Positions 1 through 6,182 of a stretch of 6,182 bases of DNA are shown here, in pieces. Each line of letters opens with the position of its first letter. Positions within the stretch are counted from its first letter, which is position 1. The stretch comes from a virus. Lineage: Duplodnaviria > Heunggongvirae > Uroviricota > Caudoviricetes. The notes under the pieces are model-generated. The model searched no databases and had not been told where the DNA came from. It saw only the letters and a program-made list of their open reading frames with translations. A program made the translations under genes and the position numbers. The DNA is taken from positions 1-6,182 of IMG/VR virus record IMGVR_UViG_2744054976_000007; one strand, 5' to 3'.

Positions 1-560
1 AGCGCAGCTTCCTCGGCAACAGCGGCAGGAAATTCCGCGAAGGCGGCAAAAACGTCCGAGACGAACGCTAAGTCTTCTGAAACAGCAGCGGGACAGAGCG
101 CCTCAGCTGCGGCAGGTTCAAAAACAGCGGCTGCGTCGTCTGCCAGTGCTGCGTCAACAAGTGCCGGGCAGGCCTCAGCCAGTGCCACCGCTGCCGGAAA
201 ATCGGCAGAAAGCGCCGCATCATCCGCTTCAACAGCCACAACGAAGGCTGGCAGCCACTGAGCAAGCCACTGCAGCAGCGAGGTCTGCTTCTGCAGCAAA
301 AACCTCTGAAACAAATGCAAAGACTTCAGCAGACAATGCTGCTTCCTCTAAGGCGGCAGCCGCATCGTCCGCTGGTTCAGCGGCGTCATCGGCATCATCT
401 GCGTCTGCTTCAAAAGATGAGGCGACCAGACAAGCGTCAGCAGCGAAAGGTAGTGCCACGACAGCAACAACGAAAGCATCAGAGGCGGCAGGCAGTGCGA
501 CGGCTGCATCTCAGAGCAAAGTTGCTGCTGAATCCGCGGCAACGCGTGCCGAAACAGCGG
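1..560 (+). repeat. Quasi-repetitive Ala/Ser/Thr-rich coding repeats (KTSETNAK-type) of the tail-fibre shaft
   Basis: Reiterated gcngcn/tcngcn codons give repeated AAKTSETNAK and SASAA motifs in the translation. This low-complexity region also explains the spurious overlapping ORFs on both strands (68..265, 229..459, 348..563, 315..701). Confidence 0.5.
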
Positions 561-2062
561 CAAAACGGGCAGAGGATATTGCTGATGCCGTATCTCTGGA
601 AGATGCGAGTACGACGAAAAAAGGTGTGGTTCAGCTCAGTAGCGCCACTAACAGCCCGTCTGAAACGCTGGCTGCGACACCAAAAGCGGTTAAGGCGGTA
701 ATGGATGAAACGAACAAGAAAGCGCCCTTAAATAGTCCTGCACTGACCGGAACGCCAACAACGCCAACTGCGCCAAAAGGTACTAATAATACTCAGATCG
801 CAAGTACGGCTTATGTGATGGCCGCGATTGCCGCCCTTGTAGACTCGTCGCCTGACGCACTGAATACGCTGAACGAGTTAGCGGCGGCGCTGGGCAACGA
901 CCCGAATTTTGCGACCACCATGACTAACGCGCTTGCGGGTAAGCAACCGAAAGATGCCACCCTGACGGCGCTGGCCGGTCTTGCTACTGCGGCAGACAGG
1001 TTTCCGTATTTTACGGGGAATGATGTCGCCAGCCTGGCAACCCTGACAAAAGTCGGGCGGGATATTCTTGCGAAATCGACCGTTGCTGCCGTTATCGAAT
1101 ACCTCGGTTTACAGGAAACGGTAAATCAGGCTTCTGGCGCATTACAGAAAAACCAGAACGGCGCAGATATTCCGGGAAAAGATACCTTCACCAAAAACAT
1201 TGGTGCCTGCCGCGCATATAGCGCATGGCTGAATATTGGTGGCGATAGTCAGGTCTGGACAACTGCGCAATTTATTTCGTGGCTGGAGAGTCAGGGGGCA
1301 TTTAACCATCCTTACTGGATGTGCAAAGGCTCATGGGCTTATGCAAATAATAAGGTTATTACAGATACAGGTTGCGGAAATATTTGTCTTGCAGGTGCTG
1401 TGGTGGAAGTTATTGGCACTCGCGGCGCAATGACCATACGCGTTACTACGCCGAGCACGTCCAGCGGTGGCGGAATTACTAACGCTCAATTCACTTATAT
1501 TAATCATGGTGATGCTTACGCTCCTGGCTGGCGACGAGACTACAACACGAAAAACCAGCAGCCTGCATTTGCTTTAGGGCAAACAGGACGCAGGGTCGCA
1601 AATGATAAAGCTGTTGGCTGGAACTGGAATAGCGGTGTTTATGATGCAGATATCAGTGGTGCATCGACATTAATCCTCCACTTCAATATGAATGCGGGGA
1701 GTTGCCCTGCTGTACAGTTCCGCGTGAATTACAGGAACGGCGGTATTTTTTATCGTTCAGCGCGTGATGGTTATGGCTTTGAAGCTAACTGGTCAGAGTT
1801 TTACACCACAACACGCAAACCCTCTGCGGGGGATGTTGGTGCATATACGCAGGCAGAATGTAACTCAAGGTTTATTACAGGTATTCGCCTTGGCGGTCTG
1901 TCATCTGTTCAGACATGGAAAGGCCCCGGCTGGTCTGACAGGTCAGGTTATGTCGTTACGGGTTCAGTTAACGGAAACCGTGATGAATTAATTGATACAA
2001 CTCAGGCAAGGCCAATTCAGTATTGCATTAATGGGACGTGGTATAACGCGGGGAGTATTTAA
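1..2062 (+). CDS. Side tail-fibre protein (constant region plus variable C-terminus Sv); 5'-partial at the window edge and interrupted by an apparent 1-nt frameshift near 250-261
   Basis: Frame +1 from nt 1 reads SAASSATAAGNSAKAAKTSETNAKSSETAAGQSASAAAG...STATTKAGSH and stops at 259-261. Frame +2 (the 146..2062 ORF in the track) continues with the same motif type (EQATAAARSASAAKTSETNAKTSADNAASS...) and is open to the stop at 2060-2062. The frame +2 translation upstream of ~250 is Pro/Gln/Arg-rich and unlike a fibre, so the true gene changes frame there. Downstream are a conserved fibre domain (KKGVVQLSSATNSPSETLAATPKAVKAV...AAVIEYLGLQETVN) and a variable C-terminus ending PIQYCINGTWYNAGSI. Family assignment is from recalled lambda Stf / Mu S / P1 S / e14 Stf proteins. 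Confidence 0.85.
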   Translation, partial: AQLPRQQRQEIPRRRQKRPRRTLSLLKQQRDRAPQLRQVQKQRLRRLPVLRQQVPGRPQPVPPLPENRQKAPHHPLQQPQRRLAATEQATAAARSASAAKTSETNAKTSADNAASSKAAAASSAGSAASSASSASASKDEATRQASAAKGSATTATTKASEAAGSATAASQSKVAAESAATRAETAAKRAEDIADAVSLEDASTTKKGVVQLSSATNSPSETLAATPKAVKAVMDETNKKAPLNSPALTGTPTTPTAPKGTNNTQIASTAYVMAAIAALVDSSPDALNTLNELAAALGNDPNFATTMTNALAGKQPKDATLTALAGLATAADRFPYFTGNDVASLATLTKVGRDILAKSTVAAVIEYLGLQETVNQASGALQKNQNGADIPGKDTFTKNIGACRAYSAWLNIGGDSQVWTTAQFISWLESQGAFNHPYWMCKGSWAYANNKVITDTGCGNICLAGAVVEVIGTRGAMTIRVTTPSTSSGGGITNAQFTYINHGDAYAPGWRRDYNTKNQQPAFALGQTGRRVANDKAVGWNWNSGVYDADISGASTLILHFNMNAGSCPAVQFRVNYRNGGIFYRSARDGYGFEANWSEFYTTTRKPSAGDVGAYTQAECNSRFITGIRLGGLSSVQTWKGPGWSDRSGYVVTGSVNGNRDELIDTTQARPIQYCINGTWYNAGSI
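1092..1117. other. Left crossover site of the Din-type invertible segment (gix/pix-like 26-bp site) inside stf
   Basis: TTATCGAATACCTCGGTTTACAGGAA at 1092-1117 matches the recalled gix/hix/pix-type site. The reverse complement of 4145-4170 is TTATCTAAAACCTCGGTTTACAGGAA, a 24/26 match. Extended inverted repeat 1092-1131 versus 4131-4170 is 35/40 identical with a perfect 25-bp core (1101-1125 / 4137-4161). The site encodes VIEYLGLQE at the constant/variable boundary; the predicted exchange point is the central dinucleotide 1104-1105. Confidence 0.75.
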
Positions 2063-2064
2063 CG

Positions 2065-2598
2065 ATGATGCACTTAAAAAACATTACTGCTGGCAACCCT
2101 AAAACAAAAGAGCAATACCAGCTAACAAAGCAATTTAACATCAAATGGCTTTATTCAGATGATGGAAAAAACTGGTATGAGGAACAAAAGAATTTCCAGC
2201 CAGACACTTTGAAAATGGTCTATGACCATAACGGCGTTATTATTTGTATTGAAAAGGATGTTTCAGCAATTAATCCAGAGGGTGCAAGCGTCGTTGAATT
2301 ACCTGATATTACAGCAAATCGCCGGGCTGATATTTCGGGGAAATGGATGTTCAAAGATGGCGTAGTGATAAAGCGAACTTATACCGAGGAAGAGCAGAGG
2401 CAACAAGCGGAAAATGAAAAGCAAAGCCTGTTGCAACTTGTCAGGGATAAAACCCAGCTATGGGACTCACAGCTACGGCTGGGCATCATTTCCGACGAGA
2501 ATAAACAAAAATTAACCGAGTGGATGCTCTATGCGCAGAAAGTCGAATCTACAGACACTTCCGGCCTGCCAGTAACGTTTCCCGAACAACCAGAATGA
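2065..2598 (+). CDS. Tail-fibre assembly protein (Tfa chaperone) for the Sv fibre tip
   Basis: 177-aa ORF beginning 3 nt after the stf stop, with GGAG about 8 nt upstream. N-terminus [40 protein letters not shown] is typical of the phage Tfa/U family and about 70% identical over ~120 aa to the convergent ORF at 2627..3154. Confidence 0.9.
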   Translation: MMHLKNITAGNPKTKEQYQLTKQFNIKWLYSDDGKNWYEEQKNFQPDTLKMVYDHNGVIICIEKDVSAINPEGASVVELPDITANRRADISGKWMFKDGVVIKRTYTEEEQRQQAENEKQSLLQLVRDKTQLWDSQLRLGIISDENKQKLTEWMLYAQKVESTDTSGLPVTFPEQPE

Positions 2599-2602
2599 GA
2601 GA

Positions 2603-2629
2603 AGGCCCGCTATCGGGCCTTAATTTTTA
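2603..2629. terminator. Putative bidirectional rho-independent terminator between the convergent tfa genes
   Basis: AGGCCCG-CTAT-CGGGCCT (2603-2620) forms a 7-bp GC-rich stem with a 4-nt loop, followed by TAATTTTTA on the + strand and a pyrimidine-rich stretch on the - strand. It lies in the 28-bp gap between the two tfa stop codons. Confidence 0.5.
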
Positions 2630-3154
2630 CTCTGGTTTTTGTGGCCATTCAGGATTTGCCGTATCCACACGGCTGGCCAGAACACTGTAGCGTTCCCATG
2701 CTTCCAGTCGTGTGCGTTCCTCGTCTGTTGCCATATTCAGCCTGACAGCGCGTTCCAGCGGTTGGATGACTGATTCAGCTTCGGAAAGCAATGCGGCCTT
2801 TTGTGATTCGGCCTGTTGTTGTTGCTCGTCTGCCGTATAAATCCGTTTAACCACAGCTCCGTCCCTAAACATCCACTTACCGGAATCATCAGCGCAGCGG
2901 TTGGCTGTAATATCTGGAACCTCAACGACGCTATAACCTTCAGGGTTAAGCGTGGAGGCATCTTTGGTGATGGCGACAATAATATTATTTGCATCGTAAA
3001 CAATCTTTATTGTGTCTGGCTGAAAGTTTTTCACTTCCTCATACCAGTTTTTTCCGTCTTCGGACCATAACCAGATAACATCAAAATTCTTTGTTAGCTG
3101 ATATTGTTCTTTTGTTTTTGGATTTCCAGACTTAATATTTTTTAAATGCTGCAT
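2627..3154 (-). CDS. tfaE: Tail-fibre assembly protein (Tfa') paired with the alternative fibre tip Sv'
   Basis: 175-aa [57 protein letters not shown]...; matches my recollection of E. coli e14 TfaE. Position and orientation (immediately downstream of Sv' on the - strand) fit the Mu U' / e14 tfaE arrangement. Symbol is from memory, not a search. Confidence 0.9.
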   Translation of the reverse strand: MQHLKNIKSGNPKTKEQYQLTKNFDVIWLWSEDGKNWYEEVKNFQPDTIKIVYDANNIIVAITKDASTLNPEGYSVVEVPDITANRCADDSGKWMFRDGAVVKRIYTADEQQQQAESQKAALLSEAESVIQPLERAVRLNMATDEERTRLEAWERYSVLASRVDTANPEWPQKPE

Positions 3155-3157
3155 AAA

Positions 3158-4120
3158 TTACACCTGTACGACGTTATACCATGTGCCATTGATGTATTTT
3201 TGTATTGGTCTGAATACTGCCGGATCATCGCCATCAACTGCACCGATAATGCCAAGCCCCGTAATTGCATGACCTGATTTCTCATACATCACGCCTTTTT
3301 GCATAGTCTGAACAACACGTGTACCAAGTCGGACATCTCTCACATAACGTGAGTCAAAATTACCATAATTGCCGGGAATAACTTGCGCACCGCAAAGCCA
3401 GTTGCCATTGTTGTCCATGTACGCCTGACCATCGGTGCCATTGGCTGTCCTTGAGTTATTAATCATGTAGATGCCAAATTGCTTATTCCCCAGTCCACCA
3501 ATCATAAATTTGCGATCAGCGTGGTCCTGACGAAGTAATGCCTGCGCACCATCGGTGGATACCGCATTGCGTCCCAAAATAACATTCTGGTCACGCATAT
3601 GAATCCACATGCCGGTACTACTGTTAATTGCAAAACGGTTTGCAAATATATCCCCTGTAACATCAAGACCATGCCCCATGCTTATCCGACCAGTTCTGAG
3701 ATTAAGCGTAAAGGGGCGTAGTGGCCCTATATCACCATTTTCTCCCTCATTCTCTCGTGTAGGGATGATATGCAGGCATTCTTCAGAACGACGAAAAATA
3801 GCACCAAAAGATGAATTAAATATCCTCAGTGCATTGACTGTCGATATTTTTACTTCACTGCTGAAAAGGGCTTTAACAAGGACAGACAAAGCATCCCATT
3901 TAAGAGTCATCAGGTCTTTTGTTGTGGTGCTCTGGCGGCTTCTCCATTTGAAATATTCATTGCCGTTGTCGCCTGTTTCAAACCACATGTATGAATCAGT
4001 GTCGCTGTCGGCATTATTTTTAAAACCAATCTTTGCCCAGTCAGTATTTCTAATCCAGGCAAGGATTGAGTCGTTTTCAAAAGTAAGCCCACCGGACAAG
4101 GTATCGCCATTCTTTTGCAC
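3158..4120 (-). CDS. Alternative tail-fibre C-terminal segment (Sv'), start-less and expressed only after inversion fuses it to the stf constant region
   Basis: Open frame on the - strand from the in-frame stop at 4163-4165 down to the stop at 3158-3160; the track starts it at a GTG (4118-4120). After the crossover site it reads LGLQETVNRARNAVQKNGDTLSGGLTFEND..., sharing LGLQETVN with the + strand fibre, and ends PIQKYINGTWYNVVQV (compare PIQYCINGTWYNAGSI). No SD or start of its own; the real coding extent probably begins at the crossover (~4157). Confidence 0.8.
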   Translation of the reverse strand: MQKNGDTLSGGLTFENDSILAWIRNTDWAKIGFKNNADSDTDSYMWFETGDNGNEYFKWRSRQSTTTKDLMTLKWDALSVLVKALFSSEVKISTVNALRIFNSSFGAIFRRSEECLHIIPTRENEGENGDIGPLRPFTLNLRTGRISMGHGLDVTGDIFANRFAINSSTGMWIHMRDQNVILGRNAVSTDGAQALLRQDHADRKFMIGGLGNKQFGIYMINNSRTANGTDGQAYMDNNGNWLCGAQVIPGNYGNFDSRYVRDVRLGTRVVQTMQKGVMYEKSGHAITGLGIIGAVDGDDPAVFRPIQKYINGTWYNVVQV

Positions 4121-4144
4121 GGCGTTCCTGGCCCTGTTTACCGT

Positions 4145-4170
4145 TTCCTGTAAACCGAGGTTTTAGATAA
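4145..4170. other. Right crossover site of the invertible segment (gix/pix-like), inverted relative to 1092-1117
   Basis: TTCCTGTAAACCGAGGTTTTAGATAA; see left site. The two mismatches lie in the outer half-site, and an in-frame TAA sits in that outer half on the - strand reading. Confidence 0.75.
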
Positions 4171-4224
4171 TGGCGGTTTCTGGCCTGCATGGCATGATTT
4201 GTGCTTTTGGACGGGAGATTCAGC

Positions 4225-4515
4225 GTGCTGATTGGCTATGTAAGGGTATCAACAAATGACCAGAATACAGACCTGCAACGAAACGCTCTTGTTTGTGCAG
4301 GATGTGAACAAATATTTGAAGATAAATTAAGCGGAATAAGGACAGGCCGACCTGGATTAAAACGTGCTTTAAAGCGCCTTCAAAAAGGTGACGCACTGGT
4401 TGTCTGGAAACTGGACTGACTGGGTCACTGTATGCGGCATCTTGTCGTGCTGGTGGTGGAAGCCTGGAAGAAGTATCGGGTGTTGCTGAACCGTGTTGAT
4501 ACGTCAACTGCACAG
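4225..4515 (+). pseudogene. pin: Din-family DNA invertase (Pin/Gin/Hin-like serine recombinase) remnant: premature stop after codon 65, 3' part decayed and deleted
   Basis: From GTG 4225: LIGYVRVSTNDQNTDLQRNALVCAGCEQIFEDKLSGIRTGRPGLKRALKRLQKGDALVVWKLD then TGA (4417-4419). Recalled Gin/Pin proteins continue WKLDRLGRSM...; here the Arg codon position is TGA. The next ~30 codons still read [15 protein letters not shown]...NRVDTSTAQ (compare LGRSMKHLISLVGEL...TDSIDTSSP) before homology stops near 4515. The track's 4201 start is an upstream in-frame GTG. Confidence 0.8.
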
Positions 4516-4639
4516 GATATTGAATGGCCAGCACTGCCGTAGGGTAAAACATATAAATTCTATAATTAGATGTATCTTTCCATTTACGGCAAGGAAGGGG
4601 GCTTGGAAGACGTAAAGCATCTCACACTGAGATTATTTT

Positions 4640-5230
4640 TTATATGTCAGGTGTCTGAAGTTTTGCTTTGGCTCTTAAAATGGTTTGCCGCGAGGTTTTG
4701 AATTCCCGGGCAATGGCACTTATACTTACACCTGACTTAATTCGTTCGAATACCACCTGTTTCTGTTCTTCATTTAACACAGGTAGTCGACCAAAACGTT
4801 TCCCTGCGCCGCGGGCTCTTACTATCCCGGAATGAGTGCGTTCAAGTAAAAGGTCTCGTTCAAATTCAGCGACTGCTGAAATTACTTGCATCATCATTTT
4901 TCCTGTTGGACTGGTCAGGTCAATGCCAGCCAATGCTAAGCAATGCACTCTGATACCTGTTTCGGTCAGTTGTTCCACTGTTTTCCTGATATCCATTGCA
5001 TTACAACCAAGGCGATCCAGTTTTGTCACAATCAATTGATCACCACATTTCAGGCGAGCAAGCAACCGGTTAAAACCAGGACGCTCACTGGTTGCTGCTG
5101 AGCCGCTAATGTGTTCTTCGATTATTTGCTGAGGTTTGATTTTAAAACCTGCACTTTCGATTTCCCGGCGTTGATTTTCGGTGGTCTGATCCAGCGTTGA
5201 TATCCGACAGTAAGCAAAAATTCGAGACAT
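4640..5230 (-). CDS. Small serine recombinase (resolvase/invertase family), intact, not the cognate Din invertase
   Basis: 196-aa [25 protein letters not shown]... with the catalytic-serine motif (RISTLDQ), the KLDRLG motif and a C-terminal resolvase-type HTH ([23 protein letters not shown]). Only distantly similar to the pin remnant. Weak SD (GAG about 9 nt upstream). Confidence 0.9.
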   Translation of the reverse strand: MSRIFAYCRISTLDQTTENQRREIESAGFKIKPQQIIEEHISGSAATSERPGFNRLLARLKCGDQLIVTKLDRLGCNAMDIRKTVEQLTETGIRVHCLALAGIDLTSPTGKMMMQVISAVAEFERDLLLERTHSGIVRARGAGKRFGRLPVLNEEQKQVVFERIKSGVSISAIAREFKTSRQTILRAKAKLQTPDI

Positions 5231-5351
5231 AGTGAGACTCTATACGAAATTGGTGTTCATATCATAATGCATCTCAGAAAATAATTATGATTATTTTTGT
5301 GCATATTTGTATGTACACGTTCGAAAATAAACGAATGCGTATGCAACCCCG

Positions 5352-5390
5352 TAATTTTGGTGAGACCCAAAATCGATTTTGTGAAAAATG
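5352..5390. promoter_or_regulatory. Palindrome cluster upstream of the recombinase gene: candidate operator or recombination (res-like) site
   Basis: Perfect 14-bp palindrome CAAAATCGATTTTG (5368-5381), overlapping the inverted repeat ATTTTGG-N6-CCAAAAT (5354-5373) and followed by ATTTTGTGAAAAAT. Resolvase-family res sites typically sit just upstream of the recombinase gene; functional assignment is inference only. Confidence 0.25.
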
Positions 5391-5546
5391 GCTTTAACTC
5401 GGTTTGTTTTTCGAGTTCCGGGCGGACTCAAGGAAGAAGAATAGTGTTGCGTGTTATTTTAACCAGATTTCAAGTTGTTTGGTCGTGGAAAAGTGGAGCA
5501 AAATGTTGTTAAAGTGGAAAAATGATAAAAAAGTAAGTTTATTATA

Positions 5547-5780
5547 TTACATTTTACCATTTAAATTTTGGTTGTCTTTAAGAACTGATATCGCTGTTTG
5601 TAATAATTCTTTGTTATCCAGCCATGATTTTTTCTTTATGTTTCCTTCAATGTAATCAAGCAATGTTCTGGTATTGATAGGTCTTCCCTGTTTTGCTACT
5701 TCCACTACAGCATTCCCTAGGATAATTCTTACTTCAGGAAGCTGCGCAGGGAACCACTTTAGGGTGTCTTTTGATTTCAT
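5547..5780 (-). CDS. Hypothetical small protein (77 aa from the SD-supported ATG; 88 aa if the upstream ATG at 5813 is used)
   Basis: ORF MKSKDTLKWFPAQLPEVRIILGNAVVEVAKQGRPINTRTLLDYIEGNIKKKSWLDNKELLQTAISVLKDNQNLNGKM. AAGGAA lies 7-8 nt upstream of the ATG at 5780, whereas the ATG at 5813 has no SD. Same strand as, and 316 bp upstream of, the recombinase gene. No family recognised. Confidence 0.5.
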   Translation of the reverse strand: MKSKDTLKWFPAQLPEVRIILGNAVVEVAKQGRPINTRTLLDYIEGNIKKKSWLDNKELLQTAISVLKDNQNLNGKM

Positions 5781-6182
5781 GAAGATATTCCTTAAAATAT
5801 TATTGATTTTCATTGCGATATTGTATGTCTGATTCAGGATATGTTGACTTATACATCGGTTTTGTCTGGGTTATTGGATATGCCAATCCCTAATTTTATT
5901 AGGGCATAACTAAAAATGCTGAATATGATAAGGAGAGATGTGATTATCAGTATGCTGTTCATATAGCCTCGAATTAGTAATGTGTTATATATGATATAGT
6001 TGACAATTTTTATCTTGGGTGTTCTTAAAGTTCGTAGATAAACATTGTCGTTTCAGGTATACAGGAATGCTAACAGGTGGCAGCAAAAATCAGGCGGTTT
6101 ATGGCGCAAGCTGAAGCGGCAACTGCAAACTATCTTATGCAGAGACTCTACACAGATTGGGTTTAAAAGTATACATAGATAA

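Noticed and set aside
68-701. ORFs 68..265(-), 229..459(-), 348..563(-) and 315..701(+)
   Set aside because: They lie in the GC-rich codon-repeat region of stf in the wrong frame or strand; translations are Arg/Gln/Pro-rich low-complexity artefacts.
1236-1991. ORFs 1236..1433(+) and 1764..1991(+)
   Set aside because: Alternative-frame ORFs nested inside the stf coding frame; no start signals or recognisable protein features.
2737-3070. ORFs 2737..3003(-) and 2816..3070(+)
   Set aside because: Nested in or antisense to the tfa' gene, whose own frame has clear family similarity.
3609-4166. ORFs 3609..4166(+) and 3910..4110(-)
   Set aside because: Antisense or out-of-frame relative to Sv'; the 185-aa + strand ORF runs through the right crossover site and looks non-protein-like.
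4201-4224. GTG at 4201 as the pin start (ORF-track start)
   Set aside because: Din-family invertases begin M-LIGYVRVST; the GTG at 4225 gives that N-terminus, so the upstream 8 codons are probably not translated.
4449-4456. Chi sequence GCTGGTGG inside the pin remnant near the deletion junction
   Set aside because: Chi octamers are frequent in E. coli-like genomes; a link to the truncation is speculation.
4220-4552. ORF 4220..4552(-), 110 aa
   Set aside because: Antisense to the pin remnant, which shows clear invertase homology on the + strand.
4605-4640. Weak hairpin TCTCA-CAC-TGAGA followed by TTATTTTTTA, as a terminator for the pin remnant
   Set aside because: The stem is only 5 bp and AT-rich; too weak to call.
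4836-5039. ORF 4836..5039(+), 67 aa
   Set aside because: Antisense within the serine recombinase gene.
5297-5655. ORFs 5297..5512(+) and 5404..5655(+)
   Set aside because: AT-rich intergenic region; translations look random and the second overlaps the better-supported - strand small ORF. An internal ATG at 5503 has GGAG upstream, but that is not enough to call a gene.
5931-5943. AGGAG followed by an ATG-TGA start-stop mini-ORF
   Set aside because: Spacer between the SD and the ATG is only 2 nt, too short for efficient initiation; probably chance.
6000-6028. Perfect -35 hexamer TTGACA at 6000-6005
   Set aside because: No acceptable -10 at a 16-18 bp spacing (TCTTAA or CTTAAA) and no downstream gene in the window; also an in-frame - strand promoter search for the 37-aa ORF gave no convincing -35/-10 pair.
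1-6182. CRISPR arrays, tRNA or rRNA genes, IS elements with terminal inverted repeats
   Set aside because: No regularly spaced direct repeats, no tRNA-like structures and no transposase-like ORF were seen; the only strong inverted repeats are the invertase crossover sites.

Overview
This window looks like the tail-fibre end of a defective e14/Mu/P1-type prophage in an enterobacterial genome (probably Escherichia or Shigella; inferred from recalled protein families, no search was possible). It contains a complete invertible tail-fibre host-range switch: a side tail-fibre gene (stf) and its assembly gene (tfa) on the + strand, a convergent tfa' and a start-less alternative fibre C-terminus (Sv') on the - strand, and two 26-bp inverted crossover sites (1092-1117, 4145-4170) bounding a ~3.05-kb invertible segment. 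The cognate pin-type invertase gene just outside the segment is dead: it stops after codon 65 and recognisable homology ends near 4515. From ~4540 the DNA becomes AT-rich and carries an intact but different small serine recombinase (196 aa, - strand), a small hypothetical gene and a palindrome-rich intergenic region. The stf constant region also shows an apparent 1-nt frameshift near 250-261. No tRNA, rRNA or CRISPR array was seen. The most interesting points are the orphaned, apparently locked inversion switch and the unrelated recombinase island that replaces the 3' end of pin.
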